Of a stretch of DNA of 37,241 nucleotides, positions 1-8,726 are shown in pieces. Source of the DNA: Candidatus Omnitrophota bacterium. Its GTDB lineage: Bacteria > Ratteibacteria > UBA8468 > MWAK01. The notes beneath the pieces are model-generated. The model had not been told where the DNA came from. It ran no database searches and saw nothing but the letters and a program-made list of their open reading frames with translations. The stretch spans positions 1 to 37,241 of the forward strand of contig JBDRQI010000034.1 of NCBI GenBank assembly GCA_043826355.1, written 5' to 3'. The translations under genes and the position numbers were made by a program. Every line of letters starts with the position of its first letter. Within the stretch, counting starts at the first letter, position 1.

Positions 1-1
1 T

Positions 2-127
2 CTCCCGGGCCTGGCTGAGCGCCGGCAGGAGCATCGCCGCCAGGATGGCGATGATGGCGATAACCACCAACAACTCAATCAGGGTAAATCCCCCTGCTTT
101 CCGCACCGCTTTCCTTATCTTATCCAT
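2..127 (-). CDS. 5' part of a prepilin-type N-terminal cleavage/methylation domain protein (DUF1559-like), running off the window edge
   Basis: Manual translation of the minus strand from ATG at 127 gives [42 protein letters not shown]; strong SD AGGAGG at 135-140. Confidence 0.92.
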   Translation of the reverse strand, partial: MDKIRKAVRKAGGFTLIELLVVIAIIAILAAMLLPALSQARE

Positions 128-236
128 AATTGCTCCTCCTATTGTTGCCCGCCTGCGGCGGGCTTATCCGGCGGCCTCCGAAAGTCTATCCGCCCGGGCC
201 AGTCGTTGGCGCGGACGTTAAGGCCGCTTTACCACC

Positions 237-265
237 ATTAAAACACATCCTTTTCTTTTTGTCAA
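237..265 (-). promoter_or_regulatory. sigma70-type promoter for the prepilin-like gene
   Basis: Minus strand TTGACA (265-260), 17 nt spacer ending TGt, TTTAAT (242-237). Confidence 0.65.
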
Positions 266-273
266 ATTACGTT

Positions 274-2349
274 TTAGCGCAACTTCAAGATGTAGCCAAT
301 TATCTCCAGGCGGATGAGGTCCGGGTTCTTCTCCGCATCAAGGTTTGCCAGGTATGCTTCCGCTTTTCGGGCAACCTCTGCTTTCGGGCTGTTTTTATCT
401 GTTTGCGCAATAAACAGTTTCAAAGTAGTGCCGTAGCGGATGTCGTCAATCGCTTCCCGGTAGCCCTCCCAGGCAATCGTGTCAACCACTCCGTTTACGG
501 TGGGGTAGACGAAGTTGTAGAGCTTTCTATATGTTCTGGTTCCAAAATCATTCCAGGGCGGGTAATAATGTATGTAGACCCAGGTGGCCGCTCCGTCGTA
601 TTCTGCCTTCCAGAGCCCGAAGCCGAAGCCCTTCCGGAAAAGCGCGGGGTTTTCCGGACCGGCCTGGGGGTTGGCGTAAGCCCAGATCTTGTTGCCGACC
701 GAGTGCCACTTATCCGCCTCTTTCTTGAAAGGCTCTACGGCAGAAACAAACAGGTCCTGGGTTTCGCCCACCAGTTCAAAGTTGCCAAGTTTATTACCCA
801 TTACGCCGGCCCGGTATCCGGCCACCCAAATCTTGCCGCCGGCTTCCTGTACCGCTTCCCACGCCGGTATCTGGGCTATTACCTGCTCATCCTTGGCTTC
901 GTCGGCTCCGTAGAAGTAGACCTCGGTAATCCCGTAAGGCTTAACAAAATCCATTATCTCTTTGACCCGGGCCTTTAGAGCCTCCAGCTTTTCCGGGGGC
1001 ACCGGTAAGCCTTCCCCGGTATAGAAGTTGCATCCCAGGAAAGCCTCGATATCCAGGATGCGGGTGTAGAGGGTCGGGCTTCTCATCCCCGCCTCTTGCC
1101 GGAGCTCCAGGGCCCTTGCGAACCATTTTTTGTCATTCCAGCTCTGGGTAACCTGCGGGTTGGTTACCCCGTGGTCAAACATATTCTTCAGTTCTGCCCT
1201 TAATTGTTCCTTGTTTTTTAAAAGAGCGTAAATAGTTCCTTTCTGGTCATCAGATGCGAGCTGTCCGAGGTAATAGATGGAACTGGTAAACTCCCGGGTT
1301 AAATCATAGTAGGTCTTCGGAGACGCGAGCTTGAAGGGAAGGACCCGCAGTTTTAAGGTAACAGCGCCCAGGGTTTTTTCTCCGGCGGAGAGGTTGATGG
1401 AGCCGGTATAGACACCGTCCTTGGCATCTTCCGGAACCTTTACGGTAACCCAGAACTGCTTGTTGGTTCCTGCCGGGATATTTACCGGTAAGAGCGCCGG
1501 GCTGTCCTTGACCGGAAACTCCTCTATTGTGAGCCAGGTTTGGAAAACTTCCTCCGGGTCGCTTATCCAGGCATACTTTTCTCCTTCCGGGAAGCTTAGT
1601 TTAAGGTAGTTTTCTTTCTTTTCGTGGTCGACCTTAACCAGCGTATCATCGTTCAGCAGCAGTTCCGGAACAAGGTCTTTCGTCCCCTCTTGGAATATAC
1701 CGCTGTTCCAGACTATCCCGGTTTGATACCAGCACTTAACCACTTTAAGGTCTATGCTGGATGACGGGATAGTCCCTTTTGTTCCTTTCAGGTCGGTTGC
1801 TTTGAGGGTCAGGCCGTTTAAGTCGTTCTTGGAGTAGAGCGCAAAGCTGGCCGGTTCGTATTCGCCCGGGGTGGCTACTATCTTGATTTCGCCCGGGACC
1901 TCATCCGGCAAAAAGGGGTCAAAGGGAAGTACCTTTGTACCGCCACCGGGTGAAACAATAAAAGTAATCAACCCGGGTCCGGCCGGAATGATTTCCATGC
2001 GGGCGATAATATCTTTTATCTGCCCGGCAATAAGGTCGCCCTCTTCTTCCTCCTTGGTTTGGAAAAAACCTCTTCTCCGGGCGTTTCTAACAATCGTTCC
2101 CAGCGCGTAAGAATTTATCTTCCGCTCTATCTCTTTCTCCATTACTTCAGCGGCCGCCGGCGAATCATAGAGGCCGAAAAGCGCTTTTTCTTTTTCCGTT
2201 ATTTCGTCTAAGGCCTTTTCCCAGTTACTTATTTTCCCGTTAAACCTCGCCTCTTCCGGTTCTTCCGCCCGCGTCTCACCGGCAGACAAGAATAACGTTA
2301 CCAGGCCCAGAATAATCAGGGCACCCCGCAAAATTTTCCGCTTTGCCAT
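274..2349 (-). CDS. Exported glycoside hydrolase-like protein (GH123-like / DUF4091 C-terminal domain)
   Basis: Signal peptide MAKRKILRGALIILGLVTLFLSAGETRA; 'GEYEPASF', 'QFWVTVKVPEDAKDGVYTG', 'YFYGADEA' (DE pair) and C-terminal 'WEGYREAIDDIRY'. Start moved from 2472, whose TTG is the -35 box, to ATG 2349. Confidence 0.72.
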   Translation of the reverse strand: MAKRKILRGALIILGLVTLFLSAGETRAEEPEEARFNGKISNWEKALDEITEKEKALFGLYDSPAAAEVMEKEIERKINSYALGTIVRNARRRGFFQTKEEEEGDLIAGQIKDIIARMEIIPAGPGLITFIVSPGGGTKVLPFDPFLPDEVPGEIKIVATPGEYEPASFALYSKNDLNGLTLKATDLKGTKGTIPSSSIDLKVVKCWYQTGIVWNSGIFQEGTKDLVPELLLNDDTLVKVDHEKKENYLKLSFPEGEKYAWISDPEEVFQTWLTIEEFPVKDSPALLPVNIPAGTNKQFWVTVKVPEDAKDGVYTGSINLSAGEKTLGAVTLKLRVLPFKLASPKTYYDLTREFTSSIYYLGQLASDDQKGTIYALLKNKEQLRAELKNMFDHGVTNPQVTQSWNDKKWFARALELRQEAGMRSPTLYTRILDIEAFLGCNFYTGEGLPVPPEKLEALKARVKEIMDFVKPYGITEVYFYGADEAKDEQVIAQIPAWEAVQEAGGKIWVAGYRAGVMGNKLGNFELVGETQDLFVSAVEPFKKEADKWHSVGNKIWAYANPQAGPENPALFRKGFGFGLWKAEYDGAATWVYIHYYPPWNDFGTRTYRKLYNFVYPTVNGVVDTIAWEGYREAIDDIRYGTTLKLFIAQTDKNSPKAEVARKAEAYLANLDAEKNPDLIRLEIIGYILKLR

Positions 2350-2442
2350 TTTCTCTCTTCGCGCGTTTCTGAGCCGGATATTGTCAAACCAGGCAATGCC
2401 TGTCGTGCCTTTCGCAGCGGTTCTTCCGGCGCAGATTTTTTT

Positions 2443-2472
2443 ATTAAACCATTTTTTCTTTCGGTCTGTCAA
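2443..2472 (-). promoter_or_regulatory. sigma70-type promoter for the 274-2349 gene
   Basis: TTGACA (2472-2467), 18 nt spacer ending TGg, TTTAAT (2448-2443); same architecture as the promoter at 237-265. Confidence 0.55.
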
Positions 2473-2520
2473 TTTTTCTTCTACCCTGCGTCCGAATCGA
2501 TTAGCCCGAAAGCAGTTAAC

Positions 2521-2550
2521 TTGACATTAACATAGATTTTAGGTAATAAT
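2521..2550 (+). promoter_or_regulatory. sigma70-type promoter for the GH78/ceramidase-fold pair
   Basis: Perfect TTGACA at 2521-2526 followed 17 nt later by TAATAAT in an AT-rich divergent intergenic region. Confidence 0.5.
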
Positions 2551-2604
2551 ACATAATTAATTTTCCGTCCGGGTTGCTTAACTTGATGCGTACAGGCTTA
2601 AAAC

Positions 2605-5010
2605 ATGAACACTGTTCTTGAAAAGAGGTTTTTTGTTGAAAGGTTCACGGCCAGGGGAAAGACCTCCGCCTGGCCTGGCGGGTGGATTGGTCCATCCGGG
2701 ATTTACAACCGTCAGCCGCAGGTTGCGGCCTATCGCCTCAAATTCCGCATCGGCAAACTTTCAAAGATAAAGGTTTATGTCAGCGCGGATGAGCGGTACG
2801 ATATCTTCCTTGACGGAAAACGTTTCGGCCGCGGGCCGGAACGGGGCGACCGGGAAAACTGGTTCTTTGAAACCTACAACCTCAAGTTGTCCGAAGGGGA
2901 ACACGTTATCGTTGCGCGGACGTGGTGGCTGGGCGAAGACGGTCAATCGCCGCATGCCCAGATAACCTTACGTCCGGGATTCATCCTGGCGGCTGAAGGG
3001 CGGCACGAAAAGGTCCTGAATACCGGTATCGCCGGATGGGAATACAAAAAGCTCACCGGCTATCACTGGATTAACCCCGCCTGGGACTGGCAGACAGGCG
3101 CAAAAATGCATATCCGCGGAGCGGATTTCTCCTGGGGCTTTGAAGAAGGAAGCGGGAACGGGTGGAAAAAAGTGAAGGAAATCTGCCCCGGTTTTATCCG
3201 GAAACCAACCGTAGGCATCTGGTCCGGGATTTGGGTTCTGAAACCGGCGGTCTTGCCCCCAATGCTGGAATCGCGCGTGAAAGGGGGGAAGGTCCGCCAC
3301 GTCCAGCCGGTTGATAGCGAGGAGACCCGGTCTCTGCCGGTAAAAGCGAAAGAACACCTGAAGAAAGAAGAGACGCCCTGGGAAAAACTGTTTGAAGGCA
3401 CGGCGCCGCTTACCGTTCCTCCGCATACCAGGCGCCGGGTGATAGTGGACCTGGAGAACTATTTTTGCGCCTATACGGAGGTTATTTTATCGGGCGGTAA
3501 AGGCGCGCAGGTAAAGTTAGCGTGGGCTGAAGCGCTCTATCATGATTTTTTTAAGGATAGGTATGGATACGGCAAAACGCCGAAGGGCAACCGGGATGAA
3601 ATTGAGGGTAAGTTCTTTTTCGGCTTCGGAAATATCTTCGAGCCGGACGGCCGGGAAAACCGTCGGTTTGAAACGCTCTGGTGGGAAGCCGGAAGATACC
3701 TGGAAATCTTTGTTTCCACCGGGGACCAGCCGCTTACCATAAATAGCGTGGGAATTACGGAAACCAGGTATCCGTATAGGTTTAAAGGCCGTTTTGAATG
3801 CGGCGATTCCCGATTCACGGAGCTTACACCCATTATCCTCAGGACGCTGGAAATGTGTTCCCATGAAACCTATCTGGATTGCCCCTACTACGAACAATTG
3901 ATGTATATCGGAGACACGCGCCTGGATGTTCTGACGGCCTATTGCCTGACCCGGGATGACCGCCTTGCCAAAAAAGCGCTCCTGATGTTTGACAAGTCGC
4001 GGGATATATCCGGCATTACCCGGTGCAGTTACCCCACCCGGGTTGACCAGGTGATTCCTCCTTTTTCGTTGTGGTGGATTGCCATGGTGCACGACTATGC
4101 CATGTGGCGCAACGACCCGGCTTTCGTCGGCGGTTTGATGCCGGGGGTGCGCGCCGTTTTAGAAGCATACCGACGCTGGGTCAACCGTGAAGAATTGGTC
4201 GAATCACCGGAGGGCTGGAATTTTGTGGACTGGGTCCCCGGCTGGCGCAACGGAATGCCTTCCGGCGCCGACAGCGGAATCAACGCCACCCTGAACTGGC
4301 AGTTTGCGCTGGTCCTGCGACAGGCGGCGGAACTGGAAGAACTGGCCGGCGAACCGGAACTGGCTGTGCGTAACCGAAAGCTTGCGGCACGGGTCGCCGC
4401 TGCTGCCGCGAAAATGTTCTGGGACGAAAACCGTGGACTTTTTGCGGAGGACCGGGCAAAAAAGCACTTCGGCGAACATGCGCAATGCCTGGCAATCTTA
4501 AGCGGGTTTGTTTCCGGTGAAGTGAAAAAACGCCTGGTAAAAGGGCTGATGGAAGACAACGCTCTCGACCGGACCACCATCTATTTTACGCACTACCTTT
4601 TTGAAGCGTACCGGCGGATTAACCGGATGGACCGTTTCTTCAAGCGGATGGATTTGTGGTTCAAACTCAAGGGGCAGGGGTTCCGGACTACGCCGGAAAA
4701 ACCGGAACCGAGCCGGTCGGACTGCCACGGTTGGAGCACTCACCCGCTCTTCCACTCTTTTGCTTCGGTTTTGGGCATCCGTCCGGCTGAGCCGGGTTTT
4801 GCTTCGGTAAGAATGGAACCTCAATTGGGTCCGTTGAAATGGGTAAGAGGCGTCATGCCGCACCCGGCCGGTTTCATTTCGGCAGACCTTAAAACAGAGG
4901 GCGGTCGCCTTGCCGGCGCGGTGGAGCTCCCGGACCGCATCCGCGGAACGCTGGTTTACAACAACAGGACAATTAGATTAAAACCGGGCATGCAAAAGAT
5001 ACAAATGTAA
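2605..5010 (+). CDS. Alpha-L-rhamnosidase family protein (GH78)
   Basis: 'SADERYDIFLDG..GRGP', 'ETYLDCPYYEQLMYIGD', 'FVDW', 'RSDCHGWS.HP', 'LGIRP..PGF'; no signal peptide seen. Confidence 0.88.
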   Translation: MNTVLEKRFFVERFTARGKTSAWPGGWIGPSGIYNRQPQVAAYRLKFRIGKLSKIKVYVSADERYDIFLDGKRFGRGPERGDRENWFFETYNLKLSEGEHVIVARTWWLGEDGQSPHAQITLRPGFILAAEGRHEKVLNTGIAGWEYKKLTGYHWINPAWDWQTGAKMHIRGADFSWGFEEGSGNGWKKVKEICPGFIRKPTVGIWSGIWVLKPAVLPPMLESRVKGGKVRHVQPVDSEETRSLPVKAKEHLKKEETPWEKLFEGTAPLTVPPHTRRRVIVDLENYFCAYTEVILSGGKGAQVKLAWAEALYHDFFKDRYGYGKTPKGNRDEIEGKFFFGFGNIFEPDGRENRRFETLWWEAGRYLEIFVSTGDQPLTINSVGITETRYPYRFKGRFECGDSRFTELTPIILRTLEMCSHETYLDCPYYEQLMYIGDTRLDVLTAYCLTRDDRLAKKALLMFDKSRDISGITRCSYPTRVDQVIPPFSLWWIAMVHDYAMWRNDPAFVGGLMPGVRAVLEAYRRWVNREELVESPEGWNFVDWVPGWRNGMPSGADSGINATLNWQFALVLRQAAELEELAGEPELAVRNRKLAARVAAAAAKMFWDENRGLFAEDRAKKHFGEHAQCLAILSGFVSGEVKKRLVKGLMEDNALDRTTIYFTHYLFEAYRRINRMDRFFKRMDLWFKLKGQGFRTTPEKPEPSRSDCHGWSTHPLFHSFASVLGIRPAEPGFASVRMEPQLGPLKWVRGVMPHPAGFISADLKTEGGRLAGAVELPDRIRGTLVYNNRTIRLKPGMQKIQM

Positions 5011-5079
5011 AACCGCAATTCAAAATTCCGTCCGAATTACTTTCGCGGCCAGGTATACACAAAAAAGGAGGCGTTGAAA

Positions 5080-6402
5080 ATGGAGCCCAAGCTTAAAGTC
5101 GGGACAGCCAAGATTAATATTACTCCTCCCCTGGACCAGGCAAGACGGCTTGGTCCAAAGGGTTTAGCCACCGATATTATCGGAGAACTGTGTGCCCGGG
5201 CGACCGTATTTGACGACGGCAAAAAGAAAACGGCGATTGTTCTGCTGGATATCAGCGAATTCTTTCCCAACATCACCAATGGTATCCGACAGTTGGCCAA
5301 CAAGTGGACCGGGATACCGGCCGAAAATATCCTGGTCTGTGCCACCCATACCCATTCTTCGGCAAAGGTTATCGACTACGACGACCCGTATGATACCGGC
5401 GGCGTGATGATTGAATATGGAGCGCTGAGCGAAGAAACGCAGGCATATCTTAATATACTTTACCGTCAGGCGGCCGGCGCGGTCTTTCTGGCAGACAGCC
5501 GTCTTAAGCCCGCCAGGGGAAAGATTGGCGAAATCTCCGTACCCGGAATCGGGAAGCCGCGGCTTCGCATGAAGGACGGAAGCGTGGCAAGTTTGACCCA
5601 TGCCGCAACTATGGAGAACTTCAATATAGAGGATGTTGAATCCGCGTCGCCTTATGACGACGCACTGCGCGTGGCGGTATTTGAAGATACCGGCGGCAAC
5701 CCGTTATGCGGGCTGGCAAACTTCGGCTGTCACAATGCGCTTGCCATGGGGGGAATGACCCTCAACAGCGATTTCTTCGGGTGGGCGATGGAAAGGATAG
5801 AAAAAGAAACGGGCGAACGGTTTGTGTTCTCCCTTATGGCCGGGCCGGAGGGTAACGTACATCCTGCAGCCTTTTTTGAACACAACGTTTCGGCCCAGGA
5901 AGCGGAATCTTTTGTCCCGGTGGCCGGAAAAATGCTTTACGACGGCATCAAAAAAATCTGGGGAAAACTGGAACCGTTTCAGACGGATATCGTTTCTTCG
6001 GTGAGCAAAGAGGTATATTTTCCTTTACAGCAGCCCCTGCCTTTGCGCGCAAAGACCTATCTTCACGGCCGCGGAGTTGCCGGGGGAAAACAGGACGAAA
6101 AAGGCGTTTTTGCGGAAGTGCAGCTGCTCAGGGTTGGCGATCTGGCAATCCTGGCGCTCTGCGGGGAAGTCTTCCATGAAATTGCCCTGAATTTAAGGAC
6201 GGGTAGTCCTTTCAAACATACCTGGGTAACTTCCTTGTGTAATGACGAACTATCCTATCTGATGCCTGCCCACGAACATAAAAGAGACAGGGAATCCGGT
6301 AAGATGAACACCCAGAAGGAATTTGCCTTGTCCGACGAGAAAGCCGAGGGGCTCATCTCCGAAGCATACCGCGAGCTGTTCGCGCGCGTCTTTACGGGCT
6401 AA
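5080..6402 (+). CDS. Neutral/alkaline ceramidase N-terminal domain-like protein (putative metal-dependent amidohydrolase)
   Basis: 'LKVGTAKINITPP', 'ILVCATHTHS', 'NFGCH', 'GEVF.EI'; SD GGAGG at 5067-5071 favours ATG 5080. Confidence 0.72.
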   Translation: MEPKLKVGTAKINITPPLDQARRLGPKGLATDIIGELCARATVFDDGKKKTAIVLLDISEFFPNITNGIRQLANKWTGIPAENILVCATHTHSSAKVIDYDDPYDTGGVMIEYGALSEETQAYLNILYRQAAGAVFLADSRLKPARGKIGEISVPGIGKPRLRMKDGSVASLTHAATMENFNIEDVESASPYDDALRVAVFEDTGGNPLCGLANFGCHNALAMGGMTLNSDFFGWAMERIEKETGERFVFSLMAGPEGNVHPAAFFEHNVSAQEAESFVPVAGKMLYDGIKKIWGKLEPFQTDIVSSVSKEVYFPLQQPLPLRAKTYLHGRGVAGGKQDEKGVFAEVQLLRVGDLAILALCGEVFHEIALNLRTGSPFKHTWVTSLCNDELSYLMPAHEHKRDRESGKMNTQKEFALSDEKAEGLISEAYRELFARVFTG

Positions 6403-6433
6403 ATGCCGGGACTGGAAAAATTTACGGGCCGCG

Positions 6434-8710
6434 TTACTTCATGCGCTTGACCGCTTTGCCTTCAGCGACTTGCTTGTCAACAAACAGATAAGTGCCCGGC
6501 CCCAGCTCGCGGACGTGATGTGAATAAGGCGCCCTTGTTGTAGCCGTACTCCCCGGCGGTACGGTCACGCTCCATTGGAAACGCCGGTTCTCGCAGTGCC
6601 ATTTGCTGACGATGCGTCCTTGGGGAGAGTCATGGTGGGCGCGCGCCCAGGCCAGTCCCGGTATTGGGTGCGGTTCAAGGAAGAAATGCTTAAAACCGGG
6701 GCGGGCGGGGTCGGGTCGGATTCCCGCCAGCGTATTATAAAACCAGTTGCCAAAACCGCCCATCATGGGGTGATTAAGCGAACGGGGGCCTTCGGCCTCA
6801 TCCACTTCCCTTTCTCCCCAATACTCCCAGAGCGTAGTCGCTCCGCGCTTGATGAGATCACCAAAACTTGGATACGTGTTCTGATGCATAAGGGTAAGTG
6901 CCGTATCTCCATGGCCGTTACGAGTCAACACTTCAAAAAGAAACCGCAGGCCCATGATGCCAACGGTATGATGGCAATTGTGGGTTTCCCGGATGTTTTT
7001 TACCAGGCTGTTGATAACAGCCATTTTCTCTCCCGAAGGCACAAGTTGGAAGTATAACGCCATTGCGTCTGCCGTCTGGGAGCCAAACGTATGATTCGCC
7101 CGGTCGTAGAAACGCGCCTGGAATGCCCCGCGGATATGGCCCTCCCATTCATGGTAACGGCCGGCATCTCCTTTATGTCTCAGCAGGTCAGCGATTTTTG
7201 CCATAACCCGCGAACACTTCCAGAACCACATCGTGGTTGTAACAACCTCCTCCGTATAGGTTGGCCGGCAACTGTTGCCCGGGTCACACCAGTCGCCGAG
7301 CCCACCCGACAGAATCCAGCCTTCCGCTTTCTTCCCGCAATATTCGATTGCCGCGCGCATTCCGTCCCAATGTCGTTGAAGCGTCTCTTTGTTCCCATAA
7401 TAGAGGTAGAGATACCATGGAATCTGAATGAAGGCGGCCATCCAGTCCGGCGTGGCTGCCCCGCGGGTGCAGCGTCTTCCGGGTGAAACCATTGCGGGCA
7501 GGCCATCGTTCAGCGCCCTGGTCGTTTCTATGTCATCCAGATATTTTTCCCAGAACGTCATGCCCTGGAAGTTGTAGATGGAACACTCGCAAATGATATT
7601 GGCATCGCCAAGCCAGCCGCAGCGCTCACGCGCCGGACAATCTTCCGGAATGCCGTGGACGTTGCTTCGATGAGTCCATAAAACCATGCGGTGAAGCTGG
7701 TTAATCCGCGCATCAGAGCATTCAAAAGCGCCTGCCTGCGGCAACGCCGTATGGACAACGATGCCGGTGATATCCTTGATTCCTAACGTGCCGGGCCAAC
7801 CGGTTACCTCCACATAGCGGAACCCATGATAGGTGAACCGCGGTTCCCAGACCTCGATTCCTTTCCCGCGGCAGATGTAGGTGTCGGTTTGTTCCAGGGT
7901 TGTGGCGAAAACCCCCGTGCTTGCCGTGTCAATTCGTCCGTCAGGAAAAATTTCTTCGGCGAATCTCATCCGGATTTCGGTTCCTTTCGGCGCCTGGATA
8001 CGGATACGCGCCCAACCGGCAAAGTTCTGTCCCATGTCAACCACATAGTTATCCCCTTGATGCTTAGCGATTGAAAGGGGGTTGATCTCCTGAATCTTCT
8101 TGACGGAGGGCATTGTTTGTTCTTCCATTACACCGCCCGGCGGCGGCATAATTTCAACACATTTCCAGTTTAGGTCATTGAACTCCGGCGAAGCCCAGCC
8201 GGGTATTTCCAGGCGTGCGTCGTAACACTCTCCGGCGTAAGGATTGTTTCTCACGATGGCTGCCGTGGCGCATTTCCACCTCTGGTCCGTAACAATCAGA
8301 TATCGTTCACCACTCTCCAGCCGTATTTCCAATTCCGCCCACAACCGGGGGGCCCCGTATGAGGACCCTTTTCCAAACCACCCGAACCGGTGATCGGGAA
8401 TCATATCCTGGTTAAAAAAACCGTCTCCCAGCATAACCCCGATGGCGTTGTCGCCCGGGCCAAGGTGCTCCCTTACGTCGTATTTCACATAGAAGCAACG
8501 TTTCTCGTAATCGGTTTGGGCCGGGTCGAGCACGTGGTCACCCACCCGAAGGCCGTTAATCCATGCCTCGCAGTAACCCAGGCCGCAAATGCTCAGACGG
8601 GCAGACCTTACGATGCTTTTTACGGTAAAAAACCGGCGCAACAGGGGCGCCGCTTTACCCCTTGGCTCATCGGCCATCCCGATCCATTTTGCGGAAGAAT
8701 GAGTTACCAT
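6434..8710 (-). CDS. Alpha-L-rhamnosidase (GH78, family 78 catalytic domain)
   Basis: 'GLGYCEAWING..VGD.VLDP..TDY', 'DMGQNFAGW', 'FTYHGFRYVEV', 'PEDCPARERCGWLGDA', 'GATTLWEYW', 'SLNHPM'. Confidence 0.92.
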   Translation of the reverse strand: MVTHSSAKWIGMADEPRGKAAPLLRRFFTVKSIVRSARLSICGLGYCEAWINGLRVGDHVLDPAQTDYEKRCFYVKYDVREHLGPGDNAIGVMLGDGFFNQDMIPDHRFGWFGKGSSYGAPRLWAELEIRLESGERYLIVTDQRWKCATAAIVRNNPYAGECYDARLEIPGWASPEFNDLNWKCVEIMPPPGGVMEEQTMPSVKKIQEINPLSIAKHQGDNYVVDMGQNFAGWARIRIQAPKGTEIRMRFAEEIFPDGRIDTASTGVFATTLEQTDTYICRGKGIEVWEPRFTYHGFRYVEVTGWPGTLGIKDITGIVVHTALPQAGAFECSDARINQLHRMVLWTHRSNVHGIPEDCPARERCGWLGDANIICECSIYNFQGMTFWEKYLDDIETTRALNDGLPAMVSPGRRCTRGAATPDWMAAFIQIPWYLYLYYGNKETLQRHWDGMRAAIEYCGKKAEGWILSGGLGDWCDPGNSCRPTYTEEVVTTTMWFWKCSRVMAKIADLLRHKGDAGRYHEWEGHIRGAFQARFYDRANHTFGSQTADAMALYFQLVPSGEKMAVINSLVKNIRETHNCHHTVGIMGLRFLFEVLTRNGHGDTALTLMHQNTYPSFGDLIKRGATTLWEYWGEREVDEAEGPRSLNHPMMGGFGNWFYNTLAGIRPDPARPGFKHFFLEPHPIPGLAWARAHHDSPQGRIVSKWHCENRRFQWSVTVPPGSTATTRAPYSHHVRELGPGTYLFVDKQVAEGKAVKRMK

Positions 8711-8726
8711 TTTTTACCCCCCTGTT

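Noticed and set aside
130..978. 282 aa plus-strand ORF
   Set aside because: Antisense shadow of the 274-2349 gene; no motif or RBS.
2350..2472. N-terminal extension of the 732 aa ORF
   Set aside because: The TTG start is the -35 box, and the signal peptide begins at ATG 2349.
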